From the NCBI GenBank assembly GCA_038087875.1, contig CM075989.1:24616001-24680000 (forward strand): 64,000 nt of DNA, in the 5' to 3' direction. Below, piece by piece: positions 23,712 through 38,327 of the stretch (positions are counted from its first letter, which is position 1; every line of letters starts with the position of its first letter). A program made the translations under genes and the position numbers. The DNA comes from Malacoraja senta. Taxonomy: Eukaryota. The notes beneath the pieces were generated by a model that did not search any database, was not told where the DNA came from, and was given only the letters and a program-made list of their open reading frames with translations.

Positions 23712-24010
23712 GGTTTAGTTTAGAGATACAGCGTGAAAACAGGGCCTTCATCCCACCGAGTCCACGCTGACCAGTAATCCCCACGCACTAACTCTATCCT
23801 ACACACACCAGGGACAATTTACATTTATACCAAGTCAATTAACCTACATACCTATGCATCTTTGGTGTGGGGGAGGAAACCAAAGATCTCGGACAAAAAC
23901 ACACGCAGGTCGCAGGGAGAACGTTCAAACTCCGTACAAACTGCACCGTGGTCAGGATCAAACCCGGGTCTCTGGTGCTGTAAGGCAGTAGCTCTACTGC
24001 TGCGCCACTG
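23712..24010 (-). mobile_element. HE1/V-SINE-like SINE
   Basis: Full-length reverse copy. Confidence 0.85.
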
Positions 24011-24384
24011 AGGCCCCCTTTATACATCAGGAATGGAGCAATGAACATCTCACGTGCTGCAGATTTACAGGCCCATTAACATTCATCCATTACAACAGTA
24101 ACAACACTTCAAAAGCACTGTTAACAGCTCATTGACTTGAAACATTAAGTTGCTCCAACTTAACCCTGCCTGACCCATTGAGAGTCTTTATTTCATATTT
24201 TTATTTCTGTTTTCCAACCTCTTCTGTATTTTGCTTGCCCTTCAGTACAGCATTGCTTGCATTATTTTGCAGTATGAGGCAAAAAACTCTTTAAAATGTT
24301 AAGTCTGTTTAAAGGTTCGTTGCAACAAGAAATATAAAATTTTCTGGAAAGTATATAAATAAGCTTAAAATTGTAACTATTATG

Positions 24385-24680
24385 GCAGGGCATGGTGGCG
24401 CAGTGGTAGAGGTGCTGCCTTACAGTGATTGCAGCGCCGAGATCCGGGTTCGATCCCGACTACAGGTGCTGTCTGTACGGAGTTTGTACGTTCTCCCTGT
24501 GAGTGTGGGTTTGCTCACACACTCCAAAGATGTACAGGTGTGTAGGTTAATTGGCTTGGCATAAATGTAAATTGTACTTAGTGTGTGTTGGGTAGTGTTA
24601 ATGTGCGTGGATCGCTGGTCGGCACGGACTCGACGGGTCAAAGGGCCTGTATCCACACTGTATCACTAAACTAAACTAAA
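24385..24680 (+). mobile_element. HE1/V-SINE-like SINE with an internal deletion
   Basis: Head GGTGGCGCAGTGG..GGTTCGATCCCG; tail (TAAAC)n. Confidence 0.85.
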
Positions 24681-25521
24681 TTATTTGAATGTAAAACAAC
24701 AATTTAAAGATTTAGCCACACGTGTGAATGAAATCTCTTATCGTATATTAAACATTTGTAAAATTTGCAATTCGCATCTTGGATCTTAGATTGAGATGGG
24801 CGTTTTTTATTGATTAAATGAAAATGTGTCAATCATTGACATCTACATTTGTGTCATATAAGTAGAATTGGTGGGTTTCTACAACAGATAGTGCATGGAA
24901 TGAGCAAATGGAAATTTGGATGCAGTTAAATAGGACGGGCAGGCAGTAAATGGGAATGAAAACGTACGCAAGTTGTTACGGTGCATTGGCGAACAGCAGG
25001 ACTCACCAATAAACAGAATAAGTAGAATGGGTTTACTGACCCAGTGACATTTGGAATTGGACTTGGTAAAACACTCGTAAATTTCTAAGTTAATAAGGGT
25101 TTTTCTCTTTCAGAAAATAATTGTTGTTTGCCTGGGAGAAACACAGCACTGTTCTGACCAATTTCCACAACGTCCATTAATATTGTTATTTCTTGTAACG
25201 CATTAACATTCTTCCACTTTTGTTCCATTCATAAAATTATTTATTTTTTCTTGTTCCTCATCATCACGTACCCCAGTTTTCAAAACAATTCCTTGTGCTC
25301 TGAGTATTTGAGTTGAGTTGAGTGTACCGAGGTTTTGTTGCGTGCTATCAGTCAGCAGAAAGACAATACATGATTACTATCGAGCCGTCCACAGTATACA
25401 GATACAGGATAAAGGGAATTAACGCAAATAACATTTAGTGCAATATAAAGCCAGTAAATCCGATCAGAGTTCGTTTGAGGGTCTCCAATAAGGTCTCCTA
25501 TGAGGTAGGTAGTTGCTCAGG

Positions 25522-25757
25522 ACCCTCTCTGGCAGAATTGGATACATGGGAGGTGGTCTTGGAGGGGAGGATGTTCCTCAAACTGCGGAGCATCCTGGAC
25601 AATACCGCTCACCCCCTCCATGACACACTGGTCAACCTGAGGAGCACCTTCAGCAACAGACTGGTTCCACCAAGATGCAGCACAGAACGCCACAGGAGAT
25701 TTTTCTTCCCTGTGGCTATTAAACTGTACAACTCCTCCCCCTTCTGTCGTGGGGTAG
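25522..25757 (+). mobile_element. Rex1/Babar-like LINE ORF C-terminal fragment
   Basis: LRSILDNTAHPLHDTL...SNRLVPPRCSTERHRRFFFPVAIKLYN. Confidence 0.65.
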
Positions 25758-27029
25758 GCTCACCACAGGACAGAGGAGCACTTTCAGGTAACGCATTACA
25801 TCAACGCTCGGTCTGCTCCCACACTGTGATATGAAGGATCCCAGTCTGTAGAAGGGTCCTGACCCAAAATTGTCACCTATTTATATTCAGGCAGCATCTC
25901 TGGAGAAAAAGGATGGGTGACATTGGGGTCGGGACCCTTCCTCTGATTCTAAGGAAGACTCAGAGGCTGAGGAAGGGTTCCGACCCAAAACATCACCAAT
26001 CCCTTTTCTCCAAAGATGCTGCCTGACCTGTTGAGTTACTCCAGCACCTTGTGTCTATCTTCAGAAGTGGTGCTTTTTGCTTCCTGGTATGCCACCTATG
26101 AGAATTCTTTACTTGGGTTGGTTGCTTGATGGCATCACAATTGCTGGTTCAGCGAGTCTAGTGAACAGATGTGGAACCACAGATTCTGGCCCATTGTAAC
26201 TGGATGTAATGTGCACTAGAATAACCAGAGCACAGTAGATATGTGCCAAGCTGTTTGACAAGACCAGGATGGAATTAAACTGACAGCATACCAGACAAGG
26301 ACACAAAGTGCTGGAGTAACTCAACGGGCCAGACAGCATCGCTGATACTATTACAACATTTAAAAAACATTTGGACAAGTACATGGATAGGACAGTTTTG
26401 GAAGGATATGGGCCAAACATATCGAGAACATGGATATGTAATGTTTCGGGTTGGGACCCTTCTTCAGACTGCATCCCACTGAAGACTTGACTGACATAGA
26501 TCCAGGATCTTGGCCTGATGGTGCATCAAATCAAGTTAGGATTATTGATATCACACCAATACAATGAGGTACAGGTACAATGAACATCCAGTTCACCACA
26601 TCGTAGAAACAGAGACAGACAAATGCACAACTACAAATTATATAGAAACTGTGCCTAAATTGTACGTAAAATTTCTCAACGAAAGAATACTGTGCAAAAT
26701 AACAAGATATTGAGGAATATAAAGGAAGCAGGAAAGAACTTAAATAAAGAATGAGGTAGGATAAGATTGCTATGAAATGTCCTCGGCAAGTAGGATTAAG
26801 GAGAATCCATAGGCATTTTAGGTCAAAAGGGACAAATATGACCAATGTCACCTTCATTCCACTGGCTATTTTTGTGTGGCGGAATTGTGAAGAAACTGTG
26901 CACCAAAACACCAAGTTAGAGTTAGTCAGTCATGTGGCATTGAAGCAGGCCCTTCGGCCCACTGACCATCTTCTGTCATCTCCCTTTGTCCCCTACATTG
27001 CCACACAAAGGTGACCAGATGAAATGAGG

Positions 27030-27335
27030 AGCATATGTCCAGATTCAGGGACAGCTTCTTCACGGCTGTTATCAGGCAACTGAACCATCCTACCACAACT
27101 AGAGAGAGGTCCTGAGCTACCATCTACCTCATTGGAGACCCTCGTACCATCTTTGATCGGACTTTACTCGACTTTATCTCGCACTAAACGTCATTCATGT
27201 TATTCCCTTTATCCTATATCTCTACACTATCGATGGCTCGATTGTAATCATGTCTTGTCTTTCCGCTGACTGATTGGCACGCAACAAAAGCTGTTTGCTG
27301 TACCTCGATACACATGTCAATAAACTGAACTAAAG
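27030..27335 (+). mobile_element. Short Rex1-like 3'-end repeat (reverse copies near 3615-3830, 22850-23035, 25310-25520, 51245-51390, 59960-60090, 60375-60510)
   Basis: Begins SRFRDSFFTAVIRQLN and ends CTGTACCTCG..ACAC.TG..AATAAACT; the same text recurs across the window. Confidence 0.6.
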
Positions 27336-27534
27336 TAAAGAGGGTAGCAAGGGAAAGCATGGGTTCATTCAAGGACAAAGGAGGGGATTTATACATCAAA
27401 CCAGAGGAAGTAGGTGAGGTCCTTCATGAGTACATTGGTATTGAGCAGAGAGAGAGAGACATGAATGTTGGTGAGATTAAGAATGGTTATGATGGTGTTT
27501 TAGGACATTAGGAAGAAGAAGGATTTGGCAGTCT

Positions 27535-27840
27535 TTAAGTGTAGGAAGGAACTGCAGATGCTGCTTACACCGAAGATAGTGGTGGAGTAACTCAGCGGGT
27601 CAGGCAGCATTTCTGGAGAAAAGGAATAGGTGACAATTCGGTTCGAGACCCTTCTTCAGAGAGGGGAAAAGGAAGCTAGAGGTATGAAAAGGTGCAAAAC
27701 AAATTGGAGCCAATACCGATGTCCAAAGAGCCCACAATGGTCCATTGTTGGCTGTGGAGGAGGTGATAACGAGGGCACGCGACCAGTAAAACTAGCAGGA
27801 TGATTAGGGTGGGGGAGAGACGGAGAGTGAGAGGAATGGA
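27535..27840 (-). mobile_element. Penelope-like 3' region and terminal repeat
   Basis: Same terminal repeat and purine-rich segment as the other copies. Confidence 0.65.
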
Positions 27841-28274
27841 ACATTAAGGTGGATCAGTGTCAAGGCCCCGATGGGATCGAACCCGGGGTATTGAGGGGAA
27901 CAAATACCGGGGTATGAACAAGGATCTCTGTATCCTCTTTAGCCACAACTAAGATGCCAGAATACTGGAATGGTGCCAGTGCTGTTCCTTTGTTTAAGAA
28001 AGGCCACAGGGCAAATCAGAATCTTACAGGTCAGTGAGACTTACGTCAGTGGGAGGGGAATTATTGGGGAAGATTCTTCGAGACAGAATTGACTTGTGTT
28101 TGGAGCAGATGGATTTATTCCAGATAGTCAGCATGGCTTTGTGCAGGGGAGGACCTGTCTCATAAATGTGCTTGTTTTTTTTGAGGAGGTGATCGATGAG
28201 GCTGGGGCATTGGGCAGTTGTGTAAAGCATTTTACAATCCAGAGATGCTGAGTTTTTAGATTTCTTTAGATGTT

Positions 28275-28552
28275 AGGGATACAGCGTGGAAACAGGCCCT
28301 TCGGCCCAGTGTGTCCGAACCGACCAGCGATCACCCGTATGCTAGTTCTATCCCACACACTAGGGACAATCTACAGAAGCCAATTAACCCACAAACCTGC
28401 ACGTTTTGGCAATGTGGGAGGAAACCGGAGCATCCAGAGAAAACCCACACGGTCACAGGGAGAGCGTACAAACTCCGTACAGACAGCACCCATAGTCAAG
28501 ATCAAACCTGGGTCTCTGTAGCTGTAAGGCAGCAACTCTACTACTGTGCTAC
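28275..28552 (-). mobile_element. HE1/V-SINE-like SINE
   Basis: Reverse copy. Confidence 0.8.
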
Positions 28553-29569
28553 CCAAAGTAGTTACTCTAATACTTTGTGTTCCTCAAGCTCCCTCATGGT
28601 AGGCTGCTACAGAAGATTAGGTCGCTTGGGATCCCAGGTGACTTGGTAAATTGTATCCAAAACTGGCTTGGTCAGAGAAGATGTAGGGCCGAGGTGGAGG
28701 GATGATTCTCCAACCAGACATCTGTGACCAGTGGGTGTTGAGCAAGGAGCAGTGGAGTCCTCTGCTGTTGTCATTTATATTACTGATCTGGGTGACAGGA
28801 TAGGCAGACTGATTAGTAAGTTTGCAGATGACAGAAACGTGGAGATGTGGGAAGCGAGGATTGTTTTCCACTGATACCGTAGCACAGGCATCAGTTGGAA
28901 ATGTGGGGGGAGAAATGGCAGATGCAGTTCTGGCTGGGCAAGTGAGAGATGTTGCATTTTGAGAGGTCAAACGTAAGAGGAAAGTGTATAGAAAATGGCA
29001 GAACTTTTGGGAACATTGAGGTACAGGAATCTCGGGGTGCAAGACGATAGCTCCCTCAAAGTGGCTTTACAAGTGGATAGGGTTGTAAGTCAGGAAGTCA
29101 GTTTGCAGCTGTATAACATTTTGGCAAGGCCATATTTGGAGTATTGTGTGCAGTTCTGGTCACCACATTCACCAGGATGTTGTCTGGATTGGATTGGTTC
29201 CTGGTACTCATCACTCTCTGTGTAAAAAACTTGCCCCGCACATCTCCTTTAAACGTTGCCCCTCTCACCTTAAAAGCTGTGCCCTCTAGTCTTTGACACT
29301 CCCACCCTGGAAAAACAGGTTCTGATTGTCTACCCCATCTAGTGCTCTCTTATTTATAGATTTTTATACATTTCTATCAGATCTCTCCTCAACCTCTGGC
29401 AATCTAGAGAAAACAATCCAGGTTCGTCCAACCTGTCCATTTAACTAATACTCTAATTCAGGCAGTGTTCAGATAAACCACCTCTGCACCCTCTCTAAAG
29501 CCCACACATCCTTCTTGTACAGGGACGACTGGAATGTGGCCTAACCAAAGTCCTATAAACTCTTCTATT

Positions 29570-29920
29570 TTCACATTTTAAGTAACTTCTACTAACACTC
29601 CCCCTCCCCCTCCTCCTCCCCTCCCCCTCCCCCTCCCCCTCCCCCTTGTCCCACTTCCTCCACCCCAGTCGTTACAGTTTGCAACGATGTATTCCTCTTG
29701 TGATTGCACCTTCCCAAGCCAACAATTGGCCTATCAGAGAACCACCCTGCCTGAGGTCATCTGTTGCCCACCCTGATTTGTCCCGGTCTTTTCTTGCCTG
29801 CAGTCCCCCCCCCCCCCCTATTTCAGTGTGAAGAAAGGTCCTGACCTGAAACGTCACCTATCCATGTTCTCCACAGATGCTGCCTGACCCGCTGAGTTAC
29901 TCCAGCACTCTGTGTTTACC
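29570..29920 (+). mobile_element. Penelope-like 3' region and terminal repeat
   Basis: Pyrimidine-rich segment, then GTGAAGAAAGGTCCTGACCTGAAACGTCACC and the shared repeat. Confidence 0.65.
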
Positions 29921-31496
29921 TTTCCTATGAAGCCCTGTTCCACCTTAGCAAACATCAAAGCTTTTATACTCCAATCTACTGTCAGTAAAGGGCAACATGA
30001 CATTAGTTTTCTTTCAAGTGCCTGTTTTGTCACCATGGTTGGTTACTGTATTTCATGAGTGAACACCAGATCTTAAAAGACTTTGTTTTTCAACATTTAA
30101 ATTGTTTTCTATGTTTCTATTCTGGCCAAAGTGAACATGCTTACGTTTTCGCACATTATCAGTTATTTATTGCCGACTTTGCTTAGCCAATCTACATCAC
30201 ATTTCAGACTCTTTGCATGTACTTCATGGCTCATTTTACTGCTTAAAATACAAAGTGAAAGTGGTCCCACCACGGATTACAGGGAAAGTTAAAGATAGTG
30301 CGGAATCTGAGCACATCTGACGGCTTGTTAGAAGTCAACAAACGATAACCAAGAAAGTTGATAAAGAGAACACAGAATACTTGAATAAATCAGTGCAGAG
30401 TCCAAGATCTTGCAGGGGTGTTTACAATGAGAGAGGTCAGCAAGGCCAAAGGTGAGTCCATTGAAGACAAAGAGGGTAGAATTTGTAATGGTGAGTAGGA
30501 AAATGGTGGAAGATTCAAGCACTTTGTGTCAGTCTTCATGAAACAAAACACAATAATTTTTCCAGAAATGCCAGGGTCCAGTGCAAAGGAAGAAATAAAT
30601 TACTGGAGTAAAAATGTTACTCCAGAAGTTAAAGAACATGAAAACTGATAAACCCCGAAGATATGTAGAAACAAAGAACTGCAGATGCTGGTTTATAGCA
30701 AAGATATACACAGAGTGGAGTAACTGAACAGGTCAGGCAGCATCTGTGGAGATAAAGGATGAGTGACGTTTCGGGTCAGGAAAGCTAGACCCGCTGAGTA
30801 ACTGGTAACTAATTGAAGGCCAAGAACTGATCCACAGGGGACTCCACTAGTTACACATTTCCATGTGGATTTTCTCCGAGATCTTCGGTTTCCTCCTACA
30901 CTCCAAAGACGTACAGGTTTGTAGGTTAATTGGCTTAGTACAGATCTAAAATTATCCCTAGTGTGTGTAGGATAGTGTTAGTGTGAAAGGATTGCTGGTC
31001 CGGTGCAGACTCGGTGGGCCAAAAGACCTGTTTTCACGCCATATCTAAACTAAACTAAACCTGAAAATGTATTCTGTCTCTCTATCTTCCATGTAGTAAC
31101 CAGTCTTGAATACATGCCAACACACTTCTGCTAATATCAAGAGCTCTTAGCTCCTGCATAAGGCATGTATGTGGCACCTTGTTGAATGCCATCTGAATAT
31201 CAAATCAGACTTGTGTGCTTCTAACCTATTTGTTTTACAAATACCTTGTCCCTTTTGTTAAGTGTGTGGGAAAGAACTGCTGATGCGGATTTACACAGAC
31301 GATAGACACCAAGTGCTGGAGTAACTCAGCGGGTCAGGCAGCATCTGTGGAGAACATGGATAGGTGACGTTTCACAGAGTGCTGGAGTAACTCAGTGGGT
31401 CAGGCAGCATCTCTGGAGAGAAGGAATGGGTGATGTTTTGGGTTCAGATTCTCATAATCGAGATCTGAAGAAGGGTGTCGACCATGTTCTCCAGAG

Positions 31497-33402
31497 ATAG
31501 AAACATAGAAAATAGGTGCAGGAGGAGGCCATTGGGCCCTTCGAGCCAGCACCGCCATTCATTGTGATCATGGCTGATCGTCCCCAATCAATAACCCGTG
31601 CCTGCCTTCTCCCCATATCCCTTGATTCCACTAGCCCCTAGAGCTCTATCTAACTCTCTCTTAAATCCACCCAGTGACTTGGCCTCCACTGCCCTCTGTG
31701 GCAGGGAATTCCACAAATTCACAACTCTCTGGGTGAAAACGTTTTTTCTCACCTCAGTCTTAAATGGCTTCCCCTTTATTCTAAGAGTGTGGCCCTTGGT
31801 TCTGGACTCGCCCAACATTGGGAACATTTTTCCTGCATCTAGCTTGTCCAGTCCTTTTATAATTTTATATGTTGCTATAAGATCCCCCTCATCCTTCTAA
31901 ACTCCAGTGAATACAAGCCTAATCTTTTCAATCTTTCCACATATGACAGTCCCGCCATCCCAAGGATCAATCTCGTGAACCTATGCTGCACTGCCTCAAT
32001 CACAAGGATGTCCTTCCTCAAATTAGGAGACCAAAACTGTACACAATACTCCAGATATGGTCTCACCAGAGCCCGATACAACTGCAGAAAAATCTCTTTA
32101 CTCCTATACTGAAATCCTCTTGTTATGAAGGCCAATATTCCATTAGATTTCTTCACTGCCTGTTGTATCTGAACGCCAAATTTCATTGACTTGTGTACAA
32201 GGACACCCAGGTCTCGCTGCACCTCCCCCTTACCTAACCTAACCCCATTGAGATAATAATCTGCCCCCTTGTTTTTGCTGCCAAAGTGAATAACCTCACA
32301 TTTATCTAAATTATACTGCATCTGCCACGCATCTGCCCACTCACTCAACCTGTCCAGGTCACCCTGCAACCTCCTAACATCCTCTTCACAGTTCACACTG
32401 CCACCCAGCTTTGTGTCATCCGAAACTTGCTAGTGTTGCTCCTAATTCCCTCTTCCAAATCATTAATATATATGGTAAACAGTTGCGGCCCCAACACCGA
32501 GCCTTGCGGCACTCCACTCGCCACTGCCTGCCATTCTGAAAAGGACCCGTTCACTCCTACTCTTTGCTTCCTGTCTGCCAACCAATTTTCTATCCATGTC
32601 AACACCCTACCCCCAATACCATGTGCTTTAATTTTAGTCACCAGTCTCCCGTGCGGGACCTTATCAAAGGCTTTCTGAAAGTCTAGATACACTACATCCA
32701 CTGGCTCCCCTTCATCCATTTTACTTGTCACATCGTCAAAAAATTCCAGAAGATTAGTCAAGCATGATTTTCCTTTCATAAATCCATGTTGACTTGGACT
32801 AATCCCTTTACTGCTATCCAAATGCCCCATTATTACCTCTTTAATAATTGACTCCAGCATCTTTCCCAGCACTGGTCAGGCTAACTGGTCTGTAATTCCC
32901 CGTTTTCTCTCTCGCTCCTTTCTTGAAAAGTGGGATAACATTAGCTATCCTCCAATCCACAGGAACTGATCCTGAATCTATTGAACATTGGAAAATGATC
33001 ACCAATACTATTTCCACTATTTCTAGAGCGCCTCCCCTGAGGACCCTGGGATGCAGACCATCAGGCCCATGGGATTTATCATCCTTCAATACCATTAGCC
33101 TACCCAATACTATTTCTCGCCTCATGAAAATTTCTTTCAGTTCCTCTACCCCCTTAGATCCTCTGTCCTCCAGTACATCTGGGGGATTGTTTGTGTCTTC
33201 CTTAGTGAAGACAGATCCGAAGTACCTATTCAACTCTTCTGCCATTTCCTTGTTACCCATAATAATTTCACCCACGTCTGCCTTCAAGGGACCCACATTT
33301 GACTTTGCTATTCTTTTTCCCTTAACATATCTAAAGAAGCTTTTACTGTCCTTCTTTATATTCCTGGCCAGCTTCCCTTCGTACTTCATCTTTTCAGCCC
33401 AT
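31497..33402 (-). mobile_element. 5'-truncated CR1-clade LINE, frameshifted ORF2 (RT) with 3'UTR and (TTTCTATG)n-type tail
   Basis: Consecutive minus-strand ORFs 32841-33389, 32393-32872, 31875-32396 and 31588-31827 carry [50 protein letters not shown] and WNSLPQ. FADD is destroyed by a 1-nt deletion. Inserted inside a Penelope-derived repeat unit. Confidence 0.95.
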
Positions 33403-35384
33403 ATGCTGCCTGACCCGCTGAGTTACTCCAGCACTCTGTGAAACGTCACCTAACCATGTTCTCCAGAGATGCTGCCCGACCCGCTGCGTTACTCCAGCAT
33501 TTTGTGTTACTCCAACCTCTTGTTAAATCATTGGTACTGGGTCTATTGTGTTGTTTGAAGTTGCCTCATCAGAGGCAGGAGTCCAGAACAGAGGCCACAG
33601 TTTAAGAATAAGGGTTAGGCCATTTAAGACTGAGATGAGGAAAAGCTTTTTCACCCAGAGAGTTGTGAATCTGTGGAATTCTCTGCCACAGAAGGCAGTG
33701 GAGGCCAATTCACTGGATGTTTTCAAGAGAGTTAGATATTGCGCTTGAGGCTTAAGGAATCAAAGGATATGGAGAGAAAGCAGGAATGGGGTACTGATTG
33801 TGGATGATCAGCCATCATCATATTGAATGGTGGTGCTGGCTGGAAGGGCCAAATGGCCCACTCCTGCACCTATTTTCTATGTTTCTATGACAACTTTGGG
33901 ATATTTGCAATGCCTCCACCATGGAGACGGCTGCGTATAAATGTATCTGCCATTTCCATGTTTTTCATGATTAATTCTCCAGTCTTGCTCCCTGGGGATA
34001 CATACTTACCCTGGCTGCTTCTCTTTATATATCAACAGATGCCCTGACTATTTGTGTTGACATTGCTTGTCAGTTTTCTCTCATAATCAATTTTCTCTCT
34101 CCTTATTAACTTCATAGTTTCTCATCCCACTGGTTCTTGTAAAATTCCCGGTCCACTAAACCTTGTCACTCTGCATGCACTAGCCTTTCATTTCATATTC
34201 AACTTGACCGCTGCTAACCATGGATGCTGCATCTTTCTCCTGGGATAGATTGGGAAGTGAGGTATTGGGGGACGTCGTCCTTCTGGAAAGGTTACTGAAA
34301 GGTCACATGCCAGTGGAAAGGTCAATGGTGGATTAGTCTTTCTTGCGACTACAAAAGTAAAGTTACTTTACTTCGTCAGTTCATAAGTCATAGAAGCAGA
34401 ATTAAGCCATTCGGCCCATCAAGTCTATTCCACCATTCAATCATGGCTGATCTATCTTTCCCTCTCAACACCATTCTCCTGCCTTCTTTCCGTAACCTTT
34501 GACACCCTTACTAATCAAGTCTATCTCCACTTTAAAAATACCCAATGACTTGGCCTCCACAGCTGTCTGTGGCAATGAATTCCACAGATTCACCACCCTC
34601 TGGCTAAAGAAATCCCTCCTCATCTCCGTTCTTAAGGTACGCCCTTTTATTCTACAATTATACAGGGAGTTGTGAGACTACTCCAGACAATTATAGTCTC
34701 CTTACCTGAAGGGGGTCATAGGTCAAAAGGGATTGGGTTTTCTCTGGGTGCTCCGGTTTCCTCCCACACTCCAATGACGTACAGGTTTGTAGGTTAATTG
34801 GCTTCGGTAAAAATTGTATGATGTGGCTGACTGTGGGAAAAGCTTTATGCTTTAGAAAGATTCTGATAATATTCTGGGCAAATGGAACTCAATTCAGAGA
34901 AGTGAGAAGTTGTGTTTTTTGGAAAGTAAAGCAGGACCAGAGAATAAAGAATAACTAGCAGGATATTGAGTGGTGTGAGGGAACAGAGGGATCTGTGTCT
35001 ACAGATATTGAAAGGTAGCAGAGAATTAGGATAGTTTAAAAAGCATATGCAATGCTTTCCTTTATTAGCTGACACATGAAATATAAAAGCAGGGAGATTG
35101 TGCAGGACTTGTATAAACAATAGTTTGTCCACAGCCATGTAATGTGCAAGATTCTGCTCACAACATTATGGGAAATGTGATATTACACTGGAGAGGATGC
35201 AGAGAAGATTTATGAAAATATTACCAGGTCTGGGAAATTGTTGGACTGAGGAGAGATTGGATCTGTCAAGGTTGTTTTCTTTGGAAAGGAAGAGAATGAG
35301 GGCATAGTTAATTTTGGGGTGGAAAATGGTGAGCGGTTAGATACATTAGATGGGAAGGGGGGCTTCAAATGATGCTGCAGTGTT

Positions 35385-35665
35385 GGTACAGTGATGCAGC
35401 GGGTAGAGCTGTTGCTTCACAGCGCCAGAGAACGTGGCCTCAGGTGCTGTCTGTGTGGAGTTTGCACGTTCTCCCTGTGGCTTCCTTCAGGGTGCTCCGG
35501 TTTCCTCCAACATCCCCAAAAAATGCAGGTTTGTAGGTTAATTCCGCCCAGTGTGTAGGGTGGAGGTGTGAAAGTTGGATAACATAGAACTCGTGTGAAC
35601 CGGTGACCAATGGTTGGCGTGCACTCGGTGGGCTGAAGGGCCTGTTTCCATGCTGTATTTCTCAA
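35385..35665 (+). mobile_element. HE1/V-SINE-like SINE (diverged)
   Basis: Same domains as the other copies. Confidence 0.75.
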
Positions 35666-36049
35666 TTTAATTAAAAATCAAGGTGCATAAACTTAAAATA
35701 ATTGGTAGAGGGATTCGAGGTGAGAGAAAGAAAATTCCAGCAGAGGGTGAAGGGAACTTATTGCTTGAAAACGTGATGGAAGTGTGGCAGTAGAACCGTG
35801 ATCTGCTGGGCCATGGCCATAGACCCAGTGTAGGACAGTGAGGTTGTGGACATGATGGGTCATGGCCATAGACCCAGTGTAGGACAGAGGGGTTAGGCCG
35901 GGAGCTCATTGTCAAGTGTTGTGGACATGATGGGCCAAATGGACTCCTCTTCTGTTGTAACTATTTCTGATCCAAATTTTTTCTCCAGCATTAACAAACT
36001 TCCAAAATGAAAATGAACCATTTCTTCCCTCTCTACGTTCTTTGTGTTA

Positions 36050-36340
36050 TGTTTCGAGATGCAGCGCAGAAACAGGCACTTCGGCCCACTGAGTCTATCC
36101 CAACCATCGATCACCCGTATCTAGCTCTATCCTACACATTAGGGACAATTTACAGAAGCAAATTAGCCCACAAACCTGCACGCCTTTGGAATGTGGGAGG
36201 AAACCAGAGAACCCAGAGGAAAACCACGTGGTCACGGGAAGAAGGTACAAACTCCATACAGACAGCACCCGAGGTCAGGATCAAACCTGGGTGTGTGGTG
36301 CTGTGAGGCAGCAACTCTACCGCTGTGCCACCATGCTGCC
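36050..36340 (-). mobile_element. HE1/V-SINE-like SINE
   Basis: Reverse copy. Confidence 0.8.
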
Positions 36341-38327
36341 TGATGGTTCCGTATCAACCATCTATCCATCCTTGCACCTCCCTTGCCCATGCCGGCCAAG
36401 TTACCTGCCTACGTTTGGCACATATCTCTCAGCATGATTGAATGTCGGGGTAGTCCTGATGGACCGAATGGCCTAATTCTGTTCCGAGAATTTATGAACA
36501 TGAATATTTTCTATCCATGTACCTGTCCAAATGTCCTTTAAACACTGTAATATTACCACTTCCTGTAACCACTCATTCCACAGACCCATCACCCTTGTGT
36601 GTGGATAATGTACCAGTTGCCCTCCTTTCTTTGTGCGTGCCATATCTAGGGAGTGAGAGAGGTTCCCCAGTTTATTTATAGAGGTTTCTACTTCACATAT
36701 CCTTTGATGAAATTGGTGATTTGCCAAAGATAGCTTTTCAGGCAATCCTTCAGTGATCATACTGCAGTAATATCCAGCACTAACTTAATTAACTCCTCAG
36801 AGATTACTAGGTCATCCACAGATTCCACGTCTCCATCATGCTTGTTCCTCTGCTCTTGATGTATCTGGTATCCAAACAGAGAACCAGCTTTAGTAATAAA
36901 TAATTTAATACACTCCATGGGGCATTGAGTTATTTAATCATTAAGGAAGATCGCACAGAGCCCATCCATTCTCATGCAGGGATTTTCATTCACAGTTATT
37001 CTTTATTATTGTTATATTATGTTTGAAATAAGAATCTGCTAGAATATGGCCTTTCATGAAACGCACTCAAAATGTTCCATTTTAACCATACGCAGGCAAA
37101 GAACAATATGCTTAAGGGTTCTAATTTTCTCTTTCGAGTTTGCAGACTTTAGGGTACCCAAATAGCAAAAGGTTACAGTGGCTTGATCACAACGTGAAGC
37201 TATTATTCCTGACCAAAATGATAATTTCACAGGTGCATGGACTGAAATTACAAATATGTCCTTGGCTGTTCGACTTAGGCACAGATTGAATCAGCAAAAC
37301 CATGAATAGCTGAGCAGCGGGCAGTCAGAGGGGAATAGGAAAGAAATATGATGCTTACTTTCTGATGGCTAACTGTAACAAATCATGATGAAATGTATTC
37401 TTTAATAAATAGCTACAGAGATGCTCAAGGATCTCATTTTCCAGCAGGACTGACACACGGTGCTGGAGTAACTCAGCGGGTCAGGCAGCATCTCTGGAGA
37501 ACATGGATAGGTGACGTTTCAGGTTAGGATCCTTCAGATCTGAAGATGCGAAGAAGGGTCCCGACCTGAAACATCACCTATTCTTTTTCTCCAGAGATGC
37601 TGCCTGACCCGCTGAGTTCCTCCAGCATTGTGTGGCTTTTTCAGAAAAATTTGCATCTGCATTTCCTTTACTCATTGACTGACCTTCCTTGGTGATTCAA
37701 TCAAAGCATATGATTTTGTTCATGAGTGTGGTATCAATTAATTTTCAGCAGTTGCTACCTCACGGCTCCACAGACCCGGCCGGGTTCGATCCTGGCCATG
37801 GGTGCTGTCTGGATGGAGTTTGTAGATTCTCCCCATACGCGCCAGAATGCCATCGCGACACCTCTAAAATGTTCAATGTCATTGTTTTATTTCCTGGCCA
37901 CGTGGCACATATGTTTATTACAGGTTGACACAGCACCTTAATGTCCACAAAGACAGCACTGACTCATGGCAGAACAGAGCTTAGAATGGGAGCAAACCGG
38001 AAATGTTTGGTGATCATCAAGGTTCATTCTAATCGATATGAACATTGTAAAACCAGACAACCATCCCCAATGTACGGATGGAACTTCTGAGACCAAAGGG
38101 GGACCTGGTATTGTGCAAAGAGACAATTAAAGAAAGTAAGTAACTCCTCAACCCATCACATACCTTCCGTTCTTATCTCTGGCCTTTGTCCCAACTATCT
38201 GCCTATCGACCCCCCCCCCCCCCCTCCCTGCCTATGTTGACCTTTTACCTCCCACACTTTGTCCTGTCTCTCCCCCTTTCCAGCTTCCTTCTCCCCTCTC
38301 CACAATTAGTCTGAAGGGTTTCAACCC

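Larger units (their letters stand above)
26660..29560. mobile_element. Highly degenerate CR1 ORF2 remnant interrupted by younger inserts; 3' part inverted (about 29195-29560)
   Basis: Scattered CR1 motifs such as LVRPYLEYCVQFWSP-like at about 29120-29165 and NLTGQ/SQHGF-like near 28020-28140. Confidence 0.6.

Noticed and set aside
35810..35892. Small tandem duplication (about 49-bp period)
   Set aside because: A local duplication inside a degenerate CR1 3' end; no sign of function.
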